Assembly (NCBI GenBank): GCA_024398515.1
Contig: JAKSIZ010000006.1
Coordinates: forward strand, 27,631 to 91,630
Direction: 5' to 3'
DNA from: Bacteroidaceae bacterium
Lineage (GTDB): Bacteria > Bacteroidota > Bacteroidia > Bacteroidales > Bacteroidaceae
Length of the DNA: 64,000 nt
The notes below the pieces were generated by a model. The model saw only the letters and a program-made list of their open reading frames with translations, was not told the origin of the DNA and did not search any database. Below, in pieces: positions 7,629 through 15,982 of the stretch. Within the stretch, counting starts at the first letter, position 1; each line of letters begins with the position of its first letter. The translations under genes were made by a program, and so were the position numbers.

Positions 7629-9245
7629 TTACAGCATTGAAGAAGCAAATCCACCACTTGCAGCATGGGTGATGAGCTGTGGGAACTTTTCCACGCCGAT
7701 ACACAAAGTGTCGAACGCATCCGTGCCGTCGGTTCTAGCTTCAAGACGGTCAGTTTCGGTTTCGGCAAGCTTCTCGCCTCTCTTATCCTTGCCACCGTTA
7801 TAGACCCCTGTTGCCTTGATGGCGATTATCAGATCTTCGTTATTGTCGCGATTGACAAGCACCTGATGTGCTGCACGTCCTACCATCATACGATAGATAA
7901 TGAATTGTTTCAGGTGGTGTGCCATAGGTTTTCCCACATAGACATCCTTGACAGCCCATCCTTTGCGTTTCAGGCGTTTGACAATATATTTATGGAAGTC
8001 ATCGTTCTTCAGTGCATAGTTATTTCCGACGGCAGTGGCATCATAATAGAAGATAATCTTCTTGTAAAGCATGAACCTGTAGTACTCATCGAAGTCGTCG
8101 AGCAGCTCAGGAATCTTGCGCTCATACTTCACATAGAACGACTTCAGTACTCTGAGGTTGTTCCGTTCATCAATCTGTCCGACGACGAGCCAGTTGATCA
8201 GAGCATTGTAGTCGAATGATATTATCAGCGGTGAACCCATCTCGAGGTCTCCATCCATTCTGCAGTCAGTTTTGTCCTTGCGAGGATCAAAATTGTACTG
8301 CAGAGAATCGATGTAGCTTTGGTTAGCCTTTGAGTAAAGGTTATTATCAGAGAACCCCGAGTAGAAGCCATCTGCCGAAAAGTCCATGCGTAGCGACATT
8401 ATAGATGTCGCAAACGTGAGTTTCGGCAATTCACGCTTCATACGTTTGAGGTATTCTTCTGAGAGAAGCGCCAGGTTCTCGACAGAAGAATACTCCTTAT
8501 ACAATACCGCCTGAGAGCGCAGCTTCTCGAGGTAAGTATTGAGCTGGTAAAGGTCTTTCCTGTGCCGTGAAGCATAGTCAGGCGAAGCCTTGCACTTCTG
8601 CTTCACGCGCCATATCTCATAGACAAGGCTCTCAATCATTCTGATAAGGTTCTTGTCCATCTCTTCCTCATATTTCAGGAACCAGCGCCCAGCTTTCGTG
8701 GTAGGCATGTCACTTGTGACAAGCATACCATGGTGCAGGGAGCAGTGACCGAAATACATTTCGTTTCCGCGGTTGGCCTGGAATGTCTCGTCCTTCAGCT
8801 GCTCGAAGTCGATGAACTTAGCTTCATCGATGTCGAGTCCGTCGAGCGACAGTGAGTTTGAAGTGCCGGAACGGTCCTGTGATATTATCGTAGCTATCGA
8901 GCCGTTGTAGAACGTAATGACATTCTCATAGTTCGCAGGCTCGAAGATAGGTTTCTTCCATCCCCACTGTTTCTGTGGCTTCATGCCTATTGCATAGTGG
9001 ATGCCCCGTTTGTATCCCCATCGTTCCCAATGTATGAGTAGCGATGGCAGCGTGTTGACAAGGCATCGTTTGCAGTTAGCTGCAACGATGCCGATGTTAC
9101 ACCCTGGCATCGTCTGGAAATAGCGCAGCATCCGATAGGCGTGCAAAACGCCTTTACCGAAGCCACGCCCAGCCGTTACGATAGTATCGCGGGCGTTCAC
9201 ATACAGCAGATACTGCTGTGCGTCGTTGAAGAACTGCTTTACCAT
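7629..9245 (-). CDS. terL: Terminase large subunit
   Basis: Walker A AGRGFGKG, Walker B DIDEAK, nuclease acidic motifs SFDYN and TDGTDAFD. Confidence 0.9.
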   Translation of the reverse strand: MVKQFFNDAQQYLLYVNARDTIVTAGRGFGKGVLHAYRMLRYFQTMPGCNIGIVAANCKRCLVNTLPSLLIHWERWGYKRGIHYAIGMKPQKQWGWKKPIFEPANYENVITFYNGSIATIISQDRSGTSNSLSLDGLDIDEAKFIDFEQLKDETFQANRGNEMYFGHCSLHHGMLVTSDMPTTKAGRWFLKYEEEMDKNLIRMIESLVYEIWRVKQKCKASPDYASRHRKDLYQLNTYLEKLRSQAVLYKEYSSVENLALLSEEYLKRMKRELPKLTFATSIMSLRMDFSADGFYSGFSDNNLYSKANQSYIDSLQYNFDPRKDKTDCRMDGDLEMGSPLIISFDYNALINWLVVGQIDERNNLRVLKSFYVKYERKIPELLDDFDEYYRFMLYKKIIFYYDATAVGNNYALKNDDFHKYIVKRLKRKGWAVKDVYVGKPMAHHLKQFIIYRMMVGRAAHQVLVNRDNNEDLIIAIKATGVYNGGKDKRGEKLAETETDRLEARTDGTDAFDTLCIGVEKFPQLITHAASGGFASSML

Positions 9246-9248
9246 TAA

Positions 9249-9872
9249 CTAAGTGTTTTGATTCGGATTGATATCGAAAGGATCCTTCTCTTCTTCCACG
9301 TTCTCGTAGTCGATGTATTGTACGGCATTCATCTTTTCGTTGTTCCATTCCTCGATGAGTTTCTTCACTTGCTTTCTGATATCTCCGGCATCCTTGTTGA
9401 TGCCAATGACGCGAGGATCTGACGTTGGCTCGAAACCTTGCGGTATTATCTTGTCAAAGCCCATGTCATCCTGGTCAACCTTGTCGAGATTATTGTATTT
9501 GCCGTATTTGTCTGCTGCAGCAGCCATCGACCTTGCGTCGTGGTTGTGTTCTGCCTCCTTGTATGCAGCCATTATCATGTTATTGAACTTCCACCGGTGA
9601 AATTCCTTACTGGCGACCTGCAGGTTGCCGAGAAGGTATTTCACGATGAAGATATCATCGTAAGCCTGCCGTTCCTGAAGAGAGAACTTCTGCATGTCGA
9701 AATGCAGTAGTTCCTTCTCACCTTTCTGCGGGAACTGCAGCCAATAAGAGTAGAGAGAGCGCAAGCGAATGACTCTCTCATGCATAATCGCAGGAAGTTG
9801 AGCCTTGCTCAACTCATCTGCGTTCAAGAAAAGTACCTTCTGATACTTTTCTATTTCAGCAGGAACACTCAT
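9249..9872 (-). CDS. Probable terminase small subunit
   Basis: 207-aa helical protein immediately upstream of terL. Confidence 0.5.
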   Translation of the reverse strand: MSVPAEIEKYQKVLFLNADELSKAQLPAIMHERVIRLRSLYSYWLQFPQKGEKELLHFDMQKFSLQERQAYDDIFIVKYLLGNLQVASKEFHRWKFNNMIMAAYKEAEHNHDARSMAAAADKYGKYNNLDKVDQDDMGFDKIIPQGFEPTSDPRVIGINKDAGDIRKQVKKLIEEWNNEKMNAVQYIDYENVEEEKDPFDINPNQNT

Positions 9873-10162
9873 AATTTATGTGTGATATTACGCAGGAAAG
9901 TCATGCATTGTTCCATAGCTGCCGGAGAACCTGCGGATGCAGAGTCAATGGCAGCTGTGCGCAAAACTTTTTCCGTCTTTGCCATTCCCTTAATGTAGGC
10001 TATTCTGATAGGATTTCCCACTGTCGTAAGACAGGAGAGAAAAATTTCCTCGTTGATGTCAAGTTCAATGGCGACCTGCTCCGGAGGAGTAAGGAGTTCG
10101 CCCATGTCAGTTATTGTCTTCAGCTGATCGGTTGACAGACTGATGTCGTTCAAGAATTGCAT
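9869..10162 (-). CDS. Phage hypothetical (HTH-like) protein
   Basis: 97 aa, coupled; GSPAA motif. Confidence 0.6.
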   Translation of the reverse strand: MQFLNDISLSTDQLKTITDMGELLTPPEQVAIELDINEEIFLSCLTTVGNPIRIAYIKGMAKTEKVLRTAAIDSASAGSPAAMEQCMTFLRNITHKL

Positions 10163-10637
10163 CGATGTTTACACTTTTGTCTATTATGTTCATGAATTGC
10201 CGGTAGAAAGTATCGAAAACGATACTGTCAGTCATTATAACTGTACTTTCGTGCCTGTCGCCGTATGTCTGATTCTGTGAGGAAATAACAGTCACTTTGT
10301 GACTCTCATTGCTCACAAGAACGATTTTACTGTGGTTTGGTGCAAGACAAACCTTAGTAAAACAGTTCTTCATCAGATTGGCGAGTTGGAGTGTCTTTCC
10401 TGCAGCCTTCAGATCAGCAAGAAGGAAAGACTCTCCAATGAGCCCCTCCTTCTTTAGTCTGAAGAATCCCGACAGGAAGTCATCAGACGTAGAGAAGGTG
10501 GATACATAGACATCTGCCTTACCTGTCTGTTCCAGTATCCAGCGTACTAAGCCTAAAGTGTGAACGCCTCTGCCAAGATAACCTTGCAGAGGACATTCAC
10601 ATAATGGTTTGAATAATTCGGAGTACCGCGATATCAT
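10107..10637 (-). CDS. Phospholipase D-superfamily (single HxK) nuclease-like protein
   Basis: NHSKIVL...SSQNQT motif. Confidence 0.7.
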   Translation of the reverse strand: MISRYSELFKPLCECPLQGYLGRGVHTLGLVRWILEQTGKADVYVSTFSTSDDFLSGFFRLKKEGLIGESFLLADLKAAGKTLQLANLMKNCFTKVCLAPNHSKIVLVSNESHKVTVISSQNQTYGDRHESTVIMTDSIVFDTFYRQFMNIIDKSVNIDAILERHQSVNRSAEDNN

Positions 10638-11392
10638 GTAAAGAGTTCCAGGATCGAGCGGTCGAATTCCGCATTAGCTTCAATAAGGATATTAACACGT
10701 TCCTTCAGAGCAGTCAGTTTTTTCGCGTAAGCTGCTGCCTGGCTTTCATCATCCTTAAGAGCAAGGACCTTGTCTTTGTTCTTAGAGATGTAAGCTCTTG
10801 CCGAAGCGACCTTTTTAGCCAGTTCGTTGGCAGTTTCTGCTGTTTCTTCTACTCTCTTCGGCACATACGTGTCGTACTCTTGCATACGTTTTCTGTATGT
10901 GTCGTAACCATCCTTCAGTTGCTTGACTGTCTCGTAACGGTCACAAGGTTCTGCATTTTCCATACCTTTAAGTGTGTGGAAAAGTTTTTTCATAGCCTTG
11001 TACCGATTAGCATTCTCTTCCCAAATAGCCTTGATATCTTCGGGAAGAGAATCATGATCAGAACGCTTGCCACGGTGTAGCTCACCTGTTGATTCAACCG
11101 GTTTATCCTCACCGAAGAACTTTGTCATTTCTCCTATGACACGTTTCTCATCAGCGACGACATCCTCTCTTGTTTTCTCATCCTTCAGATAAGTATAATG
11201 TTTGGAAAGTTCATATTTCACCTTATCTGCAAATCGAAGTATATTACCTCGCGAATTGATTGTGTTGTACAACGCACGATAGCGTTTTGGATAGACCTGC
11301 AACAACAGTAGTGATGCGCTGCGCACATCATCTTCTGTTGGGTTGACTATTTCCAAAAAAGCACCAATCTTGTCGTTTAATATTTTGTCCAT
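10634..11392 (-). CDS. Conserved phage hypothetical protein (start MDKILND)
   Basis: RGKRSDHDSLPEDIKAIWEEN motif; the ORF-track start lies in a terminator. Confidence 0.7.
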   Translation of the reverse strand: MDKILNDKIGAFLEIVNPTEDDVRSASLLLLQVYPKRYRALYNTINSRGNILRFADKVKYELSKHYTYLKDEKTREDVVADEKRVIGEMTKFFGEDKPVESTGELHRGKRSDHDSLPEDIKAIWEENANRYKAMKKLFHTLKGMENAEPCDRYETVKQLKDGYDTYRKRMQEYDTYVPKRVEETAETANELAKKVASARAYISKNKDKVLALKDDESQAAAYAKKLTALKERVNILIEANAEFDRSILELFT

Positions 11393-11409
11393 AATTATTA
11401 CTGATTGCA

Positions 11410-11454
11410 TAAAAAATAAAGGTGGTGGCAAATTAATTAAATCCCCACCACCTT
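11410..11454 (-). terminator. Terminator after the major structural genes
   Basis: AAGGTGGTGG...CCACCACCTT followed by a T tract on the minus strand. Confidence 0.65.
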
Positions 11455-11470
11455 ACAGAAACATGTCAGA

Positions 11471-12082
11471 TTAGCCGCCTGGAGATACGGCTTGCTCCTT
11501 ATCGGTAGCACCATCAATGTATGTCGTACTCGACAACATGAGTTTGCCAGGATAGAATGGAGCTGGGCATATAGTGTCAACAGAAGCCTCTATCTGAGTC
11601 TGGCTTGCATCGGTAGATGCCTTGCCAGTATCCATAGAAGGATTAACCTGAGTACGGAACTGCTCGTTGCCAAGGATGCGAATTTTTCCGTCACGCTGTG
11701 GAACAGCAATAACTACGTCATCATTCACAATCTGACGGCAGAAGCCAGCAGCCTGAGCAGTAGTTCCAGGATAGATGAGCGTAGCAGTGTCCTTGAAAGA
11801 CTTGCTGCCATCTTCACCCTGTGCTTCTGACACGATGCCGTTCACGTTCTCGCGAAGTTCTATTTTCTTCCAGAACTTAGAAGCAGCGAGGGTGAAGTCG
11901 CCATCATAAGTAGCAACGTCCTCAAGTTCTACATCATCGTCATCGAGAGCAGGCAGTTCTGGCCAATCTGCGATGTCCGCCTTCGGTATGATATACACAT
12001 GTGCGCGAACGCCAGGAAGCGATTTTTCGCCAATGCAGACCTTCATGTTTTCATAAAGATCAGGGAAAACACATTCACTCAT
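11471..12082 (-). CDS. Major tail (tube)-like structural protein
   Basis: 203 aa, acidic and beta-rich; follows the capsid gene and precedes a terminator. Confidence 0.5.
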   Translation of the reverse strand: MSECVFPDLYENMKVCIGEKSLPGVRAHVYIIPKADIADWPELPALDDDDVELEDVATYDGDFTLAASKFWKKIELRENVNGIVSEAQGEDGSKSFKDTATLIYPGTTAQAAGFCRQIVNDDVVIAVPQRDGKIRILGNEQFRTQVNPSMDTGKASTDASQTQIEASVDTICPAPFYPGKLMLSSTTYIDGATDKEQAVSPGG

Positions 12083-12096
12083 ATCAACCTCCTTTT

Positions 12097-13329
12097 TTAG
12101 CTAGCAGCTGCGACTGTAACAGTAACGCTTGCTGTACGTCCTGCGCCGTCAGTGAGTTTCACTACAGCCGTTTCAGTTGCAGTACCTGTAGCAGCAACTG
12201 CAATATTAACCTTTTTCATGTCAGATGCGACTGTAGCAGTAATGTCTTCAGCAGCATCACCAGTAACAGTTGCAGTAACAACACCAACAGCGTTGCTGAT
12301 AGTGATATCAGCATTAGCGCCAATAGCTACAGACTTGGTCGATTCACCAACAGACATACTGTCTGCAATGACCATACCAATTTGAAGCATTTCAGGCGAG
12401 ATAGTTTCGAATTCACAGCCCCAGAACATAGTGGCCACGAAGTCAAGCCAGAAGTGAGAGCTGAGAGACTTAACAACGTCGAGTTTCTCTTCTTCACCCT
12501 TCAGGTTGCAACCGATGAGCAGGGTGCTCTTTGGTGACAAGCAAAGGAAGTCATCAGGAACATTTGCAACAGGTGCAATACGGCACTTATTTTGTGAACC
12601 TTCGATGAAAGCCTTCTCGTAGCCTTGGTTGTAAGGCAGAGCACCATGGTTGTACTGATATGCCTCAGTGTAGTAATGATACAACAGAGGAGAACAGAGG
12701 AGGTTCGTGTTCTGACCGCGCAACTTAGCGTTAGCGCCCCAGAAGAATTCCTTGAACTTATCTTCAGCATTTTCAACAGTGATAGCTGAGAATACCTGAA
12801 GATTCTTCTTGGCAAGAGAGATATCTCCCTTATTGATCTCTTTTTGTGCGATTGTTTTCCAACCATCGAACAAGTCGTGAGTTGTATCGCCGGTTGCATC
12901 GCGCTCAGCTGTGAACATTTCCTCGAAGAGATGCTCACCCATTTTCTTCATCAGGTATGCACATACCTGCTTAGTAATAGGAACATTCTTCAAACCTTCA
13001 CCTTTGGTGATTGATGAGCCATAGATAGAGTCAACAACAGAGTTAGGGTCGAACGACTTCACCACATTACCAAAGTAAACTTGAAGTGTACGACCTACAA
13101 TACTAACGTCGTTAGTGTCATGACGCTGTGGCTTGTATGGAGCCATCTGCATGTCACCCGACAGCTGTCCTACAGTCTCGCTGTTGCGAAGACCAGTACG
13201 GACAGTCACATACTGAAGGAGTTCGGCCAAAGCAAACAATGGCATTGTAAGAAGTTCCTGACGGAATTTCTTAAAGCTTTGTGCCAGCGACTCCGGAGTA
13301 ATAACAACAGATCCTTGTGAATTAGCCAT
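12097..13329 (-). CDS. Major capsid protein with C-terminal Ig-like extension
   Basis: Directly downstream of the Clp protease; about 320-aa core plus a Thr/Ala/Val-rich tail. Confidence 0.7.
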   Translation of the reverse strand: MANSQGSVVITPESLAQSFKKFRQELLTMPLFALAELLQYVTVRTGLRNSETVGQLSGDMQMAPYKPQRHDTNDVSIVGRTLQVYFGNVVKSFDPNSVVDSIYGSSITKGEGLKNVPITKQVCAYLMKKMGEHLFEEMFTAERDATGDTTHDLFDGWKTIAQKEINKGDISLAKKNLQVFSAITVENAEDKFKEFFWGANAKLRGQNTNLLCSPLLYHYYTEAYQYNHGALPYNQGYEKAFIEGSQNKCRIAPVANVPDDFLCLSPKSTLLIGCNLKGEEEKLDVVKSLSSHFWLDFVATMFWGCEFETISPEMLQIGMVIADSMSVGESTKSVAIGANADITISNAVGVVTATVTGDAAEDITATVASDMKKVNIAVAATGTATETAVVKLTDGAGRTASVTVTVAAAS

Positions 13330-13331
13330 AA

Positions 13332-14408
13332 TTAGCAGTCTTTAATTGAATCATACAATTCGCGACCAGCTGCGATAGCATCATAGTCGCCATTACCGTC
13401 ACTCTTCAAGTCGTCGGTTTCATCACCTGGTGCGTCCTCGAGTTTACTGATTTTGTCGTTCAAGCCAGAGATAGTGTTGTCCTTCTCTGTAACTTGATTC
13501 TGCAAATCAGTAATCTGATTATTCAGATCTGAAACCTTTGACTCATTTGCGTCAACCTGATTTCGGAGATTTGTAATCTCTCCTTCAATCTGTTTGACCT
13601 GGTCCTGTGTCATGACGACTTTGTCCTCATGTTCTTCAAGACCGTCAACGCCAAGAATAGCGTTGATAATTGCAAAAATCTTAAGCATTTGACAATTAGA
13701 TTTCATTTGCCCACCACATTGGAATAGAGAAGAAATCTTCTGCAAGGTCTTCTGCAAGAATGATTCTGTTGGTTCACCATCAGCATCTGCCACAGACTCC
13801 ATGGCAGCTACATCAAGTGGCTTCTCGACACCTTTATTATTCTCTATCGAATTTCTAAACTGGTTAGACAGATTTTTCTCTGCTCCGTCTTTAATCTCGT
13901 ACACTTCATCGACAAGTCCATACTCTTTTGCTTTCTCAGCATTGAGCCATGCAGACTTGCTCATTATAGCAATGTTATCTTCAATGCTCTTTCCATTGCG
14001 CATACTGTATATATTTGCAATGATGCCATCGATTACCTTCTGGTCTTCCTGCTTTTTTGTAAGCTTACCAATGAGAGTACCAATTTCCTCCTCGTTGTAG
14101 GATCCCCATGCATCCACGTATGAAGAGCACTTGTGCACAAGGAACATGCAAGCAGAATCTATCTTCACTTGCTTTGCTCCGCAAGCGATGATAGTTGCAG
14201 CTGATGCAGCAGCTCCAACCAAATAGACTGTAACATCGCCATGTTCTTTGAACATCGAATAGATATTAAGAGCAGTAACGACATCACCGCCAAGTGATGA
14301 CAGTCTGATGTTGACATGTTGGTCTTTATACTTATCCAACATGTAACGAACATAGCCAGATGAGATTGCCCATCCGACTGTACCTTCGAGATAAATGTCG
14401 TATTTCAT
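13332..14408 (-). CDS. ClpP-type head maturation protease with scaffold coiled coil
   Basis: SSLGG, AASAAT, FLVH and WLNAEKAKEYGLVD motifs; C-terminal heptads. Confidence 0.9.
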   Translation of the reverse strand: MKYDIYLEGTVGWAISSGYVRYMLDKYKDQHVNIRLSSLGGDVVTALNIYSMFKEHGDVTVYLVGAAASAATIIACGAKQVKIDSACMFLVHKCSSYVDAWGSYNEEEIGTLIGKLTKKQEDQKVIDGIIANIYSMRNGKSIEDNIAIMSKSAWLNAEKAKEYGLVDEVYEIKDGAEKNLSNQFRNSIENNKGVEKPLDVAAMESVADADGEPTESFLQKTLQKISSLFQCGGQMKSNCQMLKIFAIINAILGVDGLEEHEDKVVMTQDQVKQIEGEITNLRNQVDANESKVSDLNNQITDLQNQVTEKDNTISGLNDKISKLEDAPGDETDDLKSDGNGDYDAIAAGRELYDSIKDC

Positions 14409-14426
14409 ACACATTAAATTTGTTTG

Positions 14427-14461
14427 CAATAATATAATATCTACTGATTTGATAAAAATAC
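14427..14461 (-). promoter_or_regulatory. Putative phage late promoter GTATTTTTA-N18-TATTATTG
   Basis: Same motif and spacing as 2878-2912. Confidence 0.6.
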
Positions 14462-14874
14462 TATTCCTTAATCAATGGTATGTCAAACGTACTCTGATAC
14501 TCGATTGTTATCGTCCTCCCCTGGCTTTCGCTGACCTTTGCTGGATGAACGTTCGATGATTCAATTATTGGATATGGCCTTTCGGGCATCCCTATGAGAT
14601 AACTATTACCATCAACAGATGTAAGCCTAAAAGCATATATACCAGGAATACCTCTCCACTTTTCTTCCTTATTAAGTTGAAGGGTAACTTTTATCGTGTA
14701 AATCGAACTCTTCCTATCATCCTTCTCAGTCGATTCTACTTTGACCGGAGTGACACAATCTACTTTAGACCAGACAAGATTATCTGGCACTATTACTTCT
14801 TCCAATGAAATTCTATCAACTTCAAGACTCGAAGCCGATATTCTTTCAATCCGTATGATATTGTTAAGTTTCAT
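14461..14874 (-). CDS. Phage hypothetical protein
   Basis: 137-aa ORF. Confidence 0.65.
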   Translation of the reverse strand: MKLNNIIRIERISASSLEVDRISLEEVIVPDNLVWSKVDCVTPVKVESTEKDDRKSSIYTIKVTLQLNKEEKWRGIPGIYAFRLTSVDGNSYLIGMPERPYPIIESSNVHPAKVSESQGRTITIEYQSTFDIPLIKE

Positions 14875-14969
14875 TTTGTTTGGGGTTGTGCTTTGAATTA
14901 TCTTTTAGTACTAAATGGTACGAACTCGAACAAAAACGCTGTTTTTATAGAAAGATTTTTATATGAATA

Positions 14970-15446
14970 TCAATCTCTGCATCTCGTCTTTTTCTTAATA
15001 TTGATTCCTTGTTTCTCAAATTTATCCCGAATACGATAAAATTTCTGTTTGAGCGTATTGTCGTATTCGATGTCAATGCCATGCAATCTCGCCCAACTTC
15101 TTATTGCTGTCATTACTTTGACTCCACAAGGCATAATCTGCAGCATCTCGTTATAGAAATTCAAATCGAAAGTTGCCTCAATGCTTTCAAGTAAAGCTTG
15201 TTCTGCAACAGGAGGCAGATAGTTCCAGTATTCAGGTGGCTTTAGAGATTGGTCTGGTATAGCTATTGCCACATCATTATCTGTTACAGTTCTTATCGGC
15301 ACATCAGATGGCTGACGCTCTATGAAGAGCTTGATGAGCTTGTTCATAGGCAATGTCCTGTCGAATACTATCGGGTCACCAAAATGGTGATTCAGGTACT
15401 GTTGCAGATAGACCGGAACTTGCAGGTATAGACATATTGCACTCAT
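14970..15446 (-). CDS. Phage hypothetical protein, possible late-gene regulator (start MSAICL)
   Basis: C-terminal HTH-like end (TLKQKFYRIR); -7 box TATCTTTG at 15453-15460 immediately upstream. Confidence 0.6.
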   Translation of the reverse strand: MSAICLYLQVPVYLQQYLNHHFGDPIVFDRTLPMNKLIKLFIERQPSDVPIRTVTDNDVAIAIPDQSLKPPEYWNYLPPVAEQALLESIEATFDLNFYNEMLQIMPCGVKVMTAIRSWARLHGIDIEYDNTLKQKFYRIRDKFEKQGINIKKKTRCRD

Positions 15447-15458
15447 CGAATGCAAAGA

Positions 15459-15494
15459 TAGCACATTTTTGCTATATGTCGTATATTTTTGCTA
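15459..15494. promoter_or_regulatory. Tandem repressor operators
   Basis: TAGCACATTTTTGCTA and TCGTATATTTTTGCTA, 20-bp period. Confidence 0.65.
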
Positions 15495-15520
15495 AATAAA
15501 ATGCAAAAGGCATTTTTTAA

Positions 15521-15853
15521 GTTCCAACCGTCCAACTGTCCAACATTTGTATATCTGCGTTATACATTCAATTGAAAACGAGGTAAATATGTTTGAAAAA
15601 ACTTGGACAACATTAGTCCAAAATGCTTCCAACAATCCAACTTATGTTGGGCAAATTAGTATTTTAACATAAAATTAACATAACTTTGCACAAATTATAC
15701 TTCCAACAACTTCCAACAATCCAACACAAAATCCAACAAGTTCCAACAGCTTTTTCATTATATATAATATATTGATATATAATATAATATATCTATAAAT
15801 GGTTTGAAAAATATTGTCGATTGTTGGAACGTTGGAACGTTGGAAGCATTTTT
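15521..15853. repeat. Putative phage replication origin (TCCAAC iterons around an AT-rich core)
   Basis: 10 direct TCCAAC and 3 inverted GTTGGA flanking an almost pure A/T tract at 15751-15800. Confidence 0.7.
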
Positions 15854-15930
15854 TTGAAATTTATTTTTCAAAACTTGCTGTATGAGTAATTCTCTTATTA
15901 ATGGGGGTACGGGGGAATTTTTGCAGCAAT

Positions 15931-15961
15931 AAAAAGGGTGAATGAAAAAATCACTCACCCT
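15931..15961 (-). terminator. Terminator after the primase-helicase gene
   Basis: AGGGTGAATGA-AAAAA-TCACTCACCCT with a T tract on the minus strand. Confidence 0.6.
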
Positions 15962-15982
15962 CAGCAACAAGAGACTTGAAAA

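Noticed and set aside
13332-14408. Second clpP as a duplication of host clpP
   Set aside because: It is a divergent phage head protease with a scaffold extension, in capsid-operon context
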